Shown here one piece after another: positions 42,387-53,492 of a DNA stretch of 64,000 nucleotides; within the stretch, counting starts at the first letter, position 1; each line of letters begins with the position of its first letter. The stretch spans positions 276,253 through 340,252 of the forward strand of contig CAVYHE010000003.1 of assembly GCA_963768305.1 (NCBI GenBank), given 5' to 3'. The stretch is from an uncultured bacterium. GTDB lineage: Bacteria > Margulisbacteria > WOR-1 > CAVSGV01. Made by a program: the position numbers and the translations under genes. The notes beneath the pieces were generated by a model. That model saw only the letters and a list, made by a program, of their open reading frames with translations. It was not told the origin of the DNA and did no database searches.

Positions 42387-42584
42387 TTATTTCACAAGTT
42401 TATCAATTGATACATTAAGAGCTTTAGCGATCTTATGAAGGGTGTTGATCCCAATATCCTTATATTTGCGATAAAGGATTTTTTGAAGCGTATATTGTGA
42501 TATTAAGGCTTTTTGGGCAAGTTTCGCGATAGATACTTTCCGGTATTTATTAATGTTTCTTGCAATATTCTCAATCAAGCTCAC
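42387..42584 (-). CDS. XRE/Cro HTH regulator
   Basis: SIAKLAQKALISQYTLQKIL..TLHKIAKALNVSIDKLV; GTG 7 nt after a TATAAT; divergent from integrase. Confidence 0.82.
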   Translation of the reverse strand: MSLIENIARNINKYRKVSIAKLAQKALISQYTLQKILYRKYKDIGINTLHKIAKALNVSIDKLVK

Positions 42585-42612
42585 AAATGAAATTATATCA
42601 CCCACTTGAAGC

Positions 42613-42641
42613 TTGACAATGTAGCCGTATAGGACTATATT
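42613..42641 (+). promoter_or_regulatory. Sigma70 promoter of serine recombinase
   Basis: TTGACA-17-TATATT, then AGGAGG RBS before ATG 42668. Confidence 0.75.
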
Positions 42642-42667
42642 CCTCGCATAAAAGGAGGTAATAACCA

Positions 42668-44128
42668 ATGAATAAAATGAAAATTGGCATCTATACCCGC
42701 GTTTCCACCGATGGACAGGCCGAAGTGGAGTTCAACTCCTGCGAGGCTCAGGAAGCCAAGATAAAAGCCTTTATCTCCAGCCAGGACAATATGGAGATAT
42801 ATAAAACATATTCTGACCAGGGTTACAGCGGAGCCGACACTAATCGCCCCGCCCTTATGGATTTGCTAACGGATATTCGGCAAGGCAGCATAAACTCTGT
42901 TATTGCTTATAAGATCGACCGGCTTACAAGGTCGCCGAAGGATTTCTATCAGCTTATCGAAGTATTCGAACAGCATGATGTCAGCTTCATATCGGTAACT
43001 GAGAGGTTCGATACCTCTACGCCGTCAGGTCGTCTCCTCAGAAATATAATGCTTACTTTCGCGCAGTTCGAGCGCGAGCTTATAAGCGAAAGGATAAGGG
43101 ATAAAATGCTCGAACGCGCGAAAAAAGGGCTCTGGAATTCTGGTATTACCCCGCTCGGCTATGGCAGAGAAAATAAGAAACTGATCATCAACGCCAATGA
43201 AACTAAGATAGTAAAAACCATCTATGATACCTATTCTAAAACCGGATCGATGGCTGCTGTATACCATAAGCTAAAAGACCAGGGAATTAGGGGAAGGAAC
43301 GGCAAGATTTTTCCAAATGTAACATTATCCACAATTTTGAGAAATAGGCTTTATACCGGCAAGATAACTCATCGCGGCCAAACATATCAGGGCATCCATG
43401 AACCGATCATTTCAGAAGAGCTTTTCAGCAAAGTTCAATTGCTTCACAAGGAAAAGGTTAAAAAGGCGAAGGTTTACAACTATTCCCTTTTCACCGGGCT
43501 TGTGAACTGTAAAGAATGCGGTTCAAAAATGACTTTTGTTTTCACTAACAAAAGCAGGAAGCAGCCCGGTCCCAAACTGAGGTATTATTATTATCGCTGT
43601 ACCAGCATTTCAAAAAGGGATTTTTCTGTTTGTTCCACCAGACAGGTGAGCATGGATCGGCTTGACGATTTTGTCATAGAAAATCTCTCAAGGATCGCCG
43701 CCGATCCTAATTATGTCGACAGTTTGATTTTCAGGAACAACCACCCGGTTAATGGTCCCCGGAGCGGGATCGAAATGAAGGGGTCAACATCTCCGATGTC
43801 GCCGGAAATAGTCAAAGAAACTCTCAATAAGGTGATCGAAGCCGCTAAAATAAAAGACCTTTCGGAGAGAAAAAATATCATCAGGAAATATGTTAACGGC
43901 ATAAATTATTCAAAAGAAAATATTGAAGTAGTAATGAATTATTATGATAAGGACAGCGAAAATATGGAGGTTGTGTCCCGACGCGGCGAACATTCGGCGG
44001 GCGGCGTTTGGGTAGCGGCAAACGCCGCCCGCCGCGCTATTTCCCGCAAAGAAAAAACCGCCGGTTTAGAAAACACAGCGGTTCGCAGCTATAAATTATG
44101 TGGAGCCGGAGCGGGATCGAACCGCTGA
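42668..44128 (+). CDS. Large serine recombinase (integrase)
   Basis: IYTRVST catalytic Ser, DRLTRS, FAQFERELISER, recombinase domain, zinc ribbon CKECG..YYRC; reads through attR. Confidence 0.95.
   Translation: MNKMKIGIYTRVSTDGQAEVEFNSCEAQEAKIKAFISSQDNMEIYKTYSDQGYSGADTNRPALMDLLTDIRQGSINSVIAYKIDRLTRSPKDFYQLIEVFEQHDVSFISVTERFDTSTPSGRLLRNIMLTFAQFERELISERIRDKMLERAKKGLWNSGITPLGYGRENKKLIINANETKIVKTIYDTYSKTGSMAAVYHKLKDQGIRGRNGKIFPNVTLSTILRNRLYTGKITHRGQTYQGIHEPIISEELFSKVQLLHKEKVKKAKVYNYSLFTGLVNCKECGSKMTFVFTNKSRKQPGPKLRYYYYRCTSISKRDFSVCSTRQVSMDRLDDFVIENLSRIAADPNYVDSLIFRNNHPVNGPRSGIEMKGSTSPMSPEIVKETLNKVIEAAKIKDLSERKNIIRKYVNGINYSKENIEVVMNYYDKDSENMEVVSRRGEHSAGGVWVAANAARRAISRKEKTAGLENTAVRSYKLCGAGAGSNR
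43972..44103 (+). repeat. P arm + attR core (inverted copy at 41713-41843)
   Basis: 129 vs 128 bp, identical except one indel; contains a 16-bp perfect GC hairpin at 43995-44034. Confidence 0.93.
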
Positions 44129-44174
44129 CCTCCTCTTGCGAAGCGAGGCGTTCTCCCAGCTGAACTACGGCCCC
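44101..44174 (-). tRNA. tRNA-Ala(CGC), apparent small indels in anticodon arm and near 3' end
   Basis: GGGGCCG/CGGCTCC acceptor stem with G3:U70, D-arm GTTCAGCTGGGAGAAC, T-loop GGTTCGA; anticodon read from the duplicate 5' half. Confidence 0.88.
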
Positions 44175-44182
44175 ATTGATAT

Positions 44183-44214
44183 AATTATACCCTTATTATT
44201 AATTATCTCGCAAG
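44183..44214 (-). promoter_or_regulatory. Sigma70-like promoter for tRNA-Ala
   Basis: TTGCGA-18-TATAAT just upstream of the tRNA. Confidence 0.6.
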
Positions 44215-44310
44215 GTATTTAGGAGTTTCTTATATTTCTGTTCTCGTTGGCTGTAATGGTTGACTAGATAAATCTCGTTGGCGTCTATAGTCGAAAAAGC
44301 CTCTTATCTT

Positions 44311-44946
44311 TTACTCTGAAACTGGCGGACTTCCCTTTTTGCCCTGCATATCCGCCAGCGATATTTCGATAGGGACATTTCCGCTTATTACGCCGACCTC
44401 CTCAACACGCTGTGCCATCGATTTTATGATTTCCGATGAAACAGATGAACGCTCCGCTTCATCAAAAAATAATCTTCCAGCTTGCTTAATGTCTCTGAAA
44501 AATGCGTGAATGCCCAATAGAGTTTTAAACTCACATGTTATATCTTTCGAATCTGAAAAAGGTTTAAGATGGGCTTCGCCTATTTGTAGATGAGTAAATA
44601 GATATTTAGATTTGTGCTTGTACATCTCTGTATATCCATGGACTAACCCACAACGGAGATGATTATATAATCCAACATCATCATATCTGGGATCGACTTT
44701 TTGGAGATATTCCCTGATAAACCTTTTATATCTTTCGCTCTGGTGGTGCTCGATACCCATAAAGCAATAGCCCGCCAAATAATCAAGAATGCAAGAACAC
44801 AGAATAAAAGCTCCATAATGAGCAATGCCTCGACCCTCGTTTACTGAAAGTATTGCCTCAACCTGCTCGATGGCACTGTCGATGTTCTTTTTTGCGGAAG
44901 CGATAGTCTTTGCTTTATCTGGGATTTTTTCCATGGTGAAAAGCAT
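44311..44946 (-). CDS. Putative HEPN-domain protein
   Basis: YNHLRCGLVHGY = Rx4H motif; helical; low GC. Confidence 0.6.
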   Translation of the reverse strand: MLFTMEKIPDKAKTIASAKKNIDSAIEQVEAILSVNEGRGIAHYGAFILCSCILDYLAGYCFMGIEHHQSERYKRFIREYLQKVDPRYDDVGLYNHLRCGLVHGYTEMYKHKSKYLFTHLQIGEAHLKPFSDSKDITCEFKTLLGIHAFFRDIKQAGRLFFDEAERSSVSSEIIKSMAQRVEEVGVISGNVPIEISLADMQGKKGSPPVSE

Positions 44947-44974
44947 ATATCCTTATCCAGAATTATTCAATTTC

Positions 44975-45010
44975 GCGAACGAGGCGTTCTCCCAGCTGAA
45001 CTACGGCCCC
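44975..45010 (-). repeat. Duplicated 5' half of tRNA-Ala (nt 1-36)
   Basis: GGGGCCGTAGTTCAGCTGGGAGAACGCCTCGTTCGC, ends exactly at anticodon CGC. Confidence 0.9.
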
Positions 45011-45025
45011 ATACCCACTAGAAAA

Positions 45026-46218
45026 TTACGCGTCTTGAAGTACTGCAATACCCGGAAGCTCTTTTCCTTCAAAAAACTCGAGTGAAGCTCCGCCGCCGGT
45101 GGAAATGTGCGTTATCTTGTTCGCGACCCCCGCCTGCTCCACCGCCGCCGCCGAATCTCCCCCGCCGATTATCGATATGGCCTTCGAATCAGCCAAAGCT
45201 CTCGCGATCTCATTCGTCCCCTTCGCGAACTTCGGTATCTCAAATACCCCTACCGGCCCGTTCCAGATAACCGTTCCCGCATTCTTTATCACATCTTTGA
45301 TTATCTTTATAGTTTCCGGCCCGGCATCAACGCCCATCATGTCCGCGGGTATATTTTCAACCTTAACTATCTTCGTCATCGCTTTATCAGACATCTCGCT
45401 GGCGACAACAACATCTGTCGCGAATATGACCTTCGCTTTTCCCGCTTCCGCCTGCGCCATGAAAACTTTCGCCTGGTCTATCGATTTGTCCTCGACAAGC
45501 GATTTCCCGACTTCAAGGCCTTTCGCTTTCAGGAACGTGTAAACCATTCCTCCGCCGATTATCAAAGTGTCAACTTTATTAAGGAGATTTTTCAGAACGG
45601 CGATCTTGGTCGATATTTTCGCGCCGCCGATGATCGCGACAAAAGGACGCTTCGGGTCCTTTAACGCCTTCCCCATCACATCCAGTTCTTTCTGTATCAA
45701 AAATCCCGCGTACGCCGGAAGGAACTGCGCTACGCCCGCCGTGGATGCGTGCGCCCTGTGCGCCGTCCCGAACGCGTCATTTACATATATATCAGCCAGG
45801 TCGGCGAGCTTCCTGGCGAACTGCTCGTCATTGTCTTCTTCTTCCTTGTAGAACCTGATGTTCTCAAGCATCACCACATCGCCGTCGTTCATCTTTGATA
45901 TCGCCTGCTCCACTTCCTCGCCCACGGAATCATCCAGCTTCATGACTTTCTTTTTCAAAAGCTCTTCCAGCCGCTTTGCTATGGGGTTCAACCTGCAGGT
46001 CTTCGGTCACGCCGGTCGGGGCGGCCCAGATGGGAAACGAGTATCACCTTCGCGCCTTTTTCGATGAGGTAATTTATAGTGCGGAGCGATTCCCTTATCC
46101 TGGTGTCGTCGGTGATCTTTTTTTCCTTGTCCATCGGAACGTTAAAATCAACGCGGACAAGGACCCTCTTGCCTTTCAGGTCCTTCTCGCTGAGATCGGC
46201 AATGGATTTTTTTGCCAT
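45026..46218 (-). CDS. pgk: Phosphoglycerate kinase (frameshift ~46010)
   Basis: [39 protein letters not shown]. Confidence 0.95.
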
Positions 46219-46228
46219 GGCCGGCTCC

Positions 46229-47319
<1,091 letters not shown>

Positions 47320-47388
47320 TTACACGGAAGAAAAGTATAACATCCGCCAAATAGGGTGTCAATTGTCTGAATCTGATATAATCCCTTC

Positions 47389-48523
47389 ATGCGCAAAAAG
47401 CCGTCATTATCTTATCGGCAATTATCATCGCGATATTGGCCGTCATCTTCATCGTCAGGGCCAGCGATAAGATCGATCTCATCCAGACCTTTGTCCCCGA
47501 AAAGATAATAATTTTCAAGAACATTCACATGTCGGGTGTTGAGGGGGAAAATTCGTGGGAAATATCCGCAAGCGAGGGGTGGACGGGCAGGAACAGGCGC
47601 GAGACCACGCTGGAATTCATTTCTGACGCAAAAATAAATAAGGGCGCCAGGCCGCTGATAAAGGACCTGTCGGCAAGAAGATTAAGGATAACGAACAGGA
47701 AAGATATTACGGTCCTGAAAAAAGCCGATGAAAGCAATGACGGCAAGCAGTACCTTGCGCGCGCTGATCGATTTTAACGCCGTATCGAACCGCAGGAAGA
47801 GACCGGATTTCGCTTCCCTTACCGCCGACAGGATAGATTTTAATCCTGACTCAAAAAAAGCCGCCATTCAGGGGAATGCGGAAATATCCAGGGGCAAGCT
47901 GCTCATAAGGTCCGACAGGATAGATCTCGATATAGATAAGAACACCGCGACATTCGAGGGAAGGAGCGTTTTTTCGGATAAGGGCTCAAGGCTGGCAGTC
48001 TAATTCCGCCACGGCTTTCTTCGACGAGGACAGGATAGATATGAGCGGAAGTATAGAGGTGATCCAGAAGAACAAGACCGTATTTTCGGACAAAGCGATC
48101 TATTATGACGATCACGGGTCCATAGTACTGTCATCGAACGTTAAAGCCGTCATAAAAAAGCTTAAGAACATCATAAAAAAGAAAAGTTCGGAGAAGATCA
48201 AAGGGGAGGAAGCAAAAAAAACCCTGCAGGAAACCACCGTCATCAACTGCGACAAGCTCACCGTCTCAACTGATAACGGCGACTGCACTGCTTCCGGGAA
48301 TGTCCTCGTGACGCAGAAAGAACAAGAAGCCAAGGCCGACAATGCGGTTTATACCGAGAAGGGGGAGAACATTGTCATGACCGGCAACGTTTACATGAAA
48401 AGGAAGGATGCCTGGGTGAAGGCCAACAAGGTCATTGTGCATGTTGAGAACGGGATATTCGAGGCAAAAGGACAAGTGGAAACGGAATTTACTGTGAAGA
48501 AAGGGGCGAGGAAGATCCAGTGA
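47389..48523 (+). CDS. LptC/LptA (OstA-like) beta-jellyroll protein (frameshifted)
   Basis: N-terminal TM, SWEISA, repeated ADxxxY/GNV motifs. Confidence 0.65.
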
Positions 48524-48551
48524 ACAGCAAACTCAGCCCGTTCATCGAACA

Positions 48552-49379
48552 TTAATAATATTTGACCGCTATCCTCGTAAATTCTTCAATTAATTCATTC
48601 GTGAACAAAGATAATGGGGCATTAGGATTGAATTGTCCCATGGCTTTTTTATAAAGCGAAATAAATTCGTCGCTTTTTTCCAGATCGGTGACCTTGTAAG
48701 ATGCCTCTTTCCGATAATCGATCTTTTCATAACCAAGCGACTTGAGGTTGTCGAACGTGAATTGTCCGCAAACATTATATAATGATCCGGACAGCTCGAT
48801 TTTTGTTCCTTTGGGCAGTATTCTTGATAACATTTTATCGTCCTCTTTCCAGAAATAGCCGCTCCCGAACTGAGAATATATATAATAGACGTTATTTTTA
48901 TTCGCAAAGAGGCCATTGAAGTATTTTATCGCGCCGTTCGCGGTCCTGGCCTGGTCCAAAACCAGGATCACGGGTTCTTTTGCCTTTGACAATGATTTTA
49001 AATAGTTCATTGTTTTAGTTGTTTCAAAGGCATATTTCATGAAAATCCGGCTTTTACCGGGATCATTGTCTTTTAGTTGATATGATCTTGATAACAGAGT
49101 GGTTATGATTTCCTGCGGCGATTTTAAGGCGTGTTCTTCCGACCTGTCATATGTTATCCCCAATACCATTGTCAGGTCGTCGCTGTAAACATTAAAAAAT
49201 GGATGAGTGACAATGAATATTTTTTCCGAGTTTATTTTAAACCCTTTCTTTTTTGCTGCTTCTTTTATGTCGGTCAAAGACAGAACGTTGTCTTTGTTCT
49301 TTTTCTTTTGTGGTCTGGTCGCGGAAATACGTGAGGCGCGATCAATGGGGCCGTTTTTTGGGTCAACTATATTCGTCAT
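48552..49379 (-). CDS. Hypothetical protein (lower GC)
   Basis: 275-aa ORF. Confidence 0.65.
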   Translation of the reverse strand: MTNIVDPKNGPIDRASRISATRPQKKKNKDNVLSLTDIKEAAKKKGFKINSEKIFIVTHPFFNVYSDDLTMVLGITYDRSEEHALKSPQEIITTLLSRSYQLKDNDPGKSRIFMKYAFETTKTMNYLKSLSKAKEPVILVLDQARTANGAIKYFNGLFANKNNVYYIYSQFGSGYFWKEDDKMLSRILPKGTKIELSGSLYNVCGQFTFDNLKSLGYEKIDYRKEASYKVTDLEKSDEFISLYKKAMGQFNPNAPLSLFTNELIEEFTRIAVKYY

Positions 49380-49445
49380 GTTTAAATAGTCCCTATATAT
49401 TTATCGGGATAAATTAGAGGGAACTTGCATAAAAATCAGTTCATG

Positions 49446-49670
49446 TTATTCGGCTAATTTCCGGATCAGTCCCTGTATCTTCTCTTTTTCGTCCTTCGTC
49501 TTCTTATCCTTAACTTCCAGCTTGAAAGAGATAACATCCCCTTCCCTGCTGTCCGGGGGCAGAAGATCTTTGGATATTTCGACGGTATCGCCGTCTTCTC
49601 CGGCAAGGATCACAGCTGTATCGCCCTCTATCCTGTCCAAGGTCCCAAAAAAATTATTTGTTTTTTTCAT
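49446..49670 (-). CDS. DUF3006-like protein
   Basis: LDRIEGDTAVI..LLPPDSREGDVI. Confidence 0.8.
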   Translation of the reverse strand: MKKTNNFFGTLDRIEGDTAVILAGEDGDTVEISKDLLPPDSREGDVISFKLEVKDKKTKDEKEKIQGLIRKLAE

Positions 49671-49727
49671 GCTTATACAGGCCTCGAAGGAATTTTGCGG
49701 CCCCGAGAAAATATTTGAATAGATTTA

Positions 49728-50972
49728 TTAAAATAATAGCTTATGCCTTCTCATCGCGATGCTCTGAAGTATGCCGATAGCGCACATGTTCGTGACAAGC
49801 GCGGTCCCTCCGAAGCTGAAGAAAGGCAGCGGCACTCCTACAACAGGCAGAAGCCCCAGCGTCATGCCGATATTGATGATCATCTGGACGCTGAACATGA
49901 CCGCTATGCCCGCCGCGAGCATGCTGCCGAAAAAATCCCTCGCTTCCACGGCGAGGATTATCGCCCTGTAGATCACGATCACGAAAAGAGCGAGCTCATG
50001 ATCATGGAACCCAGAAAACCGAATTCCTCGCCAAGCGCCGAGAAAATGAAATCGGTGAACTGCTGGGGGATGAACGCCAGCTGCGTCTGCGTCCCGTGCA
50101 TGAATCCCTTTCCGAAAAATCCGCCGCTGCCGACGGCGATCTTCGCCTGGATGCTGTGGTAACCGATGCCCAGCGGATCGCTTTCGGGATTAAGGAATAT
50201 CATCAGCCGCGCCTTCTGGTAATCTTTTAGCATGCCCCATGTCTTCGCTACCGCGTAGCCGATGCCGATATTGCCGAGCATTATGATGGCATAATCCACC
50301 CACCTGATCCTTATCTGGCGCATGTAGACGGCAAGAGCCGCCAGATACAGCAGCCATATATATGTATGCGACTTGAGCAGGATGCTCAGGAGCGGCGTGA
50401 CCATGAATATGAGCAACGTGGCCGATGTTTCGGCCCAGATGAGCATCCCGGTAAAAATGGAAAAAAGGATTATAGAGGTGCCGAGGTCCGGCTGCTTGAA
50501 TATCAGGATGAAAGGGATCCCCACTATGATCAGCGGCAAAATAAGGCTAAGAACGCTCTGTATCTGCCCCCTTCTCTCGCCCAAAAAAGCCGCCAGCGCG
50601 ATCAACAGGATCAAGCTTGGATATTTCGGACGGCTGGAAAGTGACAGGGCCAAGTGCTATCCATCTTTGCGCGCCGAGCATCATGAATCCCTTGAACAGG
50701 ACTATGAAAAGAAAAATAACGGCTAAGGCGTACAGGAACCATGAAGCGGTCTTCAAATGCGCGTAATCAAGATAAGTGAAAATGGAAAGCCCGACCAGTC
50801 CGATGATGAAAGCGATAAGCTGTTTTGTAACGTAATAATACGGATCATCCCCTTCGCGAGATCTCTGGGAGAATGTGCAGCTGAATATCATCATGATGCC
50901 GACGATTATCAAAAGAGCGACGCTTATCCAGAGGATAATATCGGAGTGTCGCAACATCCTGAAATTTATCAT
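49728..50972 (-). CDS. rodA: Rod shape-determining protein RodA (2 frameshifts)
   Basis: [37 protein letters not shown]. Confidence 0.9.
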
Positions 50973-50976
50973 TGGT

Positions 50977-52452
50977 TCATCCCTGCGACAGTTCTATGGC
51001 TTTTAAAAGCGCTTTTGCCTTGTTGACGGTCTCCTCGTATTCCTTGGACGGGACAGAATCCGCGACAATGCCCGCCCCCGCCTGAACGTACGCGTCCTTT
51101 CCTTTAAGTAAAATAGTCCTGATGGTTATGCAGGTGTCAAGGTTGCCGTAAAAATCGAAATAGCCCACGGCTCCCGCGTAGGTGCCTCTTTTCACATTCT
51201 CTATCTCATCGATTATCTCCATCGCGCGGATCTTCGGCGCTCCCGTGACCGTTCCCGCGGGGAAAGAAGCGGCGATCAGGTCGAAAGCGTCCTTGCCGCG
51301 CGACAGCTTTCCGGTAACGTCGGAAACGATGTGCATCACGTGGGAATATTTTTCGATGACCATGAATTCATTTATCTTTACGCTGCCCGGCTCACAGACC
51401 CTGCCCAGGTCATTCCTTCCCAGGTCCACCAGCATGATGTGCTCGGCCCTTTCCTTTTCGTCGGCAAGCAGTTCTTTTTCAAGCAAAAGGTCCTGCGCGT
51501 CCGTCTCTCCCCTGCTCCTCGTTCCCGCTATGGGACGCACGTTCGCAATGCCGTCCTCCAGGCGGACCATTGTCTCAGGGGACGAACCTATGAGCCTCAT
51601 GCCGCCGAATTTCAGATAATACATGTAAGGGGACGGGTTCAGCGTCCGGAGGACCCTGTAGACCCTGAACGGATCGCCCTTGATGCTTGTGCTGAACCTT
51701 TGCGACGGGACCACCTGGATGACATCGCCGTTCTTTACGTGGCCTATCGCTTTGCGGACCGCTTTCTCGAACTGCGCTTTGCTGAAGTTGGACTTCACCT
51801 TAAGTTTCTTCGAGCTTTTCATTTTGATCTCCGCTGTCTTAAGCGGCTTCGCGAGTTTTGCGGCGAGCGCATCTATCTTTTTGATCGCCGAATCATATGC
51901 TTTCCCGGCATTCCCTTCCGCCAGGACATTGGATATTATGCTTATCTTGCGCCGTACATGGTCGAATGCCAGGATAGTGTCGGTAAGGAGGAACTGCATG
52001 TCGGGAAGCTTAAGGTCGTCGGGATTCTTATCGGGAAGCTTTTCCAGACTCCTTACGACATCGTAGCTTAAATATCCTACAAGGCCGCCGTGGAAACGCG
52101 GGAGCCCTTTTATTTTGACCGGCTTGTATTTTGACATCAGTTCTTTCAGAGCGGCCAGCGGATCCCCTTTCGTTCTCTCTACTTTTCCCTTTGAATGTAT
52201 CTCTATGCTGTCGCCCTTGCTCTTTAATATCATGACGGGATCAATGCCAAGAAAGGAATATCTGCCGATATTTTCGCCGCCCTCAACGCTTTCAAGCAGG
52301 TAGGCATATTCAACTTCCTTTTTTTCAGAGGCGAATATCTTTTCGAACGCGGAAACCGGCGTTTCCATATCGGCCATCATTTCCCTGTAAACGGGGATGA
52401 GATTCCCTTTTTTGGATAGTTCTATGAATTCTTTTTTAGCAGGGTAATACAT
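50977..52452 (-). CDS. trpE: Anthranilate synthase component I
   Basis: LLESVEGG, NPSPYMY, PIAGT, AEHIMLVDLGRND. Confidence 0.95.
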   Translation of the reverse strand: MYYPAKKEFIELSKKGNLIPVYREMMADMETPVSAFEKIFASEKKEVEYAYLLESVEGGENIGRYSFLGIDPVMILKSKGDSIEIHSKGKVERTKGDPLAALKELMSKYKPVKIKGLPRFHGGLVGYLSYDVVRSLEKLPDKNPDDLKLPDMQFLLTDTILAFDHVRRKISIISNVLAEGNAGKAYDSAIKKIDALAAKLAKPLKTAEIKMKSSKKLKVKSNFSKAQFEKAVRKAIGHVKNGDVIQVVPSQRFSTSIKGDPFRVYRVLRTLNPSPYMYYLKFGGMRLIGSSPETMVRLEDGIANVRPIAGTRSRGETDAQDLLLEKELLADEKERAEHIMLVDLGRNDLGRVCEPGSVKINEFMVIEKYSHVMHIVSDVTGKLSRGKDAFDLIAASFPAGTVTGAPKIRAMEIIDEIENVKRGTYAGAVGYFDFYGNLDTCITIRTILLKGKDAYVQAGAGIVADSVPSKEYEETVNKAKALLKAIELSQG

Positions 52453-52454
52453 GT

Positions 52455-52808
52455 TTAAAACAGCAGCCTCACAGCGATGACGATCAGGTAAACCGCGAAC
52501 ATCCTTCTCAGGATAATGTCAGGTATCGGCTGGACGATGACGGCGCCCAAAAATCCGCCGACAAAAAATCCCAGGGCAGTATACAGGGCGATATCGATCG
52601 CCACGTTCCCGCTCTGATAATATCTAAGCGCGGCAAAAAAGCCGACTGGCAGGAGCAGTGCGGCGATGGCCGTTCCCTGCGCCTGATGCTGGGAATACTT
52701 GAAGAAAAAAATGAAAGCGGGCACCATTATGGTGGCGCCGCCTATCCCGAACATTCCGCCGAATATCCCGGCGACTACGCCGGTTAATACCGAGATGATA
52801 ATATTCAT
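52455..52808 (-). CDS. TauE/SafE family permease (half-size)
   Basis: GGMFGIGGATIMVP, QHQAQGT. Confidence 0.85.
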   Translation of the reverse strand: MNIIISVLTGVVAGIFGGMFGIGGATIMVPAFIFFFKYSQHQAQGTAIAALLLPVGFFAALRYYQSGNVAIDIALYTALGFFVGGFLGAVIVQPIPDIILRRMFAVYLIVIAVRLLF

Positions 52809-53492
52809 TTATTTGGCCCTTTGATTCAATATCGACTCCGCTATCGCGACATCCTCGATCGTGGTTATTTTAATGTTATCGTACGAACCCATTATCATTT
52901 TAACAGGAATTCCCATCCTCTCAACGAGCTTTGAATCGTCGGTCGCGCGGTAATTTATCTTCTGCGCCCGTTCGTATGCCTGTTTGATGATCGATAACTG
53001 GAAGACCTGAGGCGTCTGAACCAGCCATAATGAGCCTCTATCCAATGTTTCGAGAGTCATATTGTCCGGTGTAACCGTTTTTATCGTATCTTTCGCGGGG
53101 ACTCCGACCACAACTGCCTTCGAAACTTTTGCTTCAGTCACGGCTTTAGAGATTATTTCTTTGGTTATCAATGGCCTTGCGCCGTCATGGATGACCACCA
53201 GATCATCGTCGGATTCTTTTGATATGTCCTTCAATCCGTTGTAAACCGAGTCCTGCCGCTCCGGGCCGCCTTCGACGATGTCGCGGATCTTCCTGAAACT
53301 TTTCAGCATTTCTTTTACAGCTTCAATGTCATCGCGCGCGGCGACAACAATGATATCGTCAATCGACTGGCAATCTTCAAAAACGGAAACGGTTATAGAA
53401 AGAAGCGGTTTGCCGTTGATCTCGAGGAATTGTTTTTTGAGGTTCATCCTTTTCCCGGCGCCGGCAGCCGGAATGACAGCGGTGACTTTCAT
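52809..53492 (-). CDS. ispD: MEP cytidylyltransferase
   Basis: PAAGAGKRM, GGPERQDSV, HDGARP, QTPQ, NIKITT. Confidence 0.95.
   Translation of the reverse strand: MKVTAVIPAAGAGKRMNLKKQFLEINGKPLLSITVSVFEDCQSIDDIIVVAARDDIEAVKEMLKSFRKIRDIVEGGPERQDSVYNGLKDISKESDDDLVVIHDGARPLITKEIISKAVTEAKVSKAVVVGVPAKDTIKTVTPDNMTLETLDRGSLWLVQTPQVFQLSIIKQAYERAQKINYRATDDSKLVERMGIPVKMIMGSYDNIKITTIEDVAIAESILNQRAK

Larger units (their letters stand above)
24201..44103. mobile_element. 19.9-kb serine-integrase integrative element at the tRNA-Ala 3' end
   Basis: TGG cores at 24201 and 44101; joining the two ends reproduces the junction present intact (inverted) at 41713-41715; LSR reads into the right end. Confidence 0.85.
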
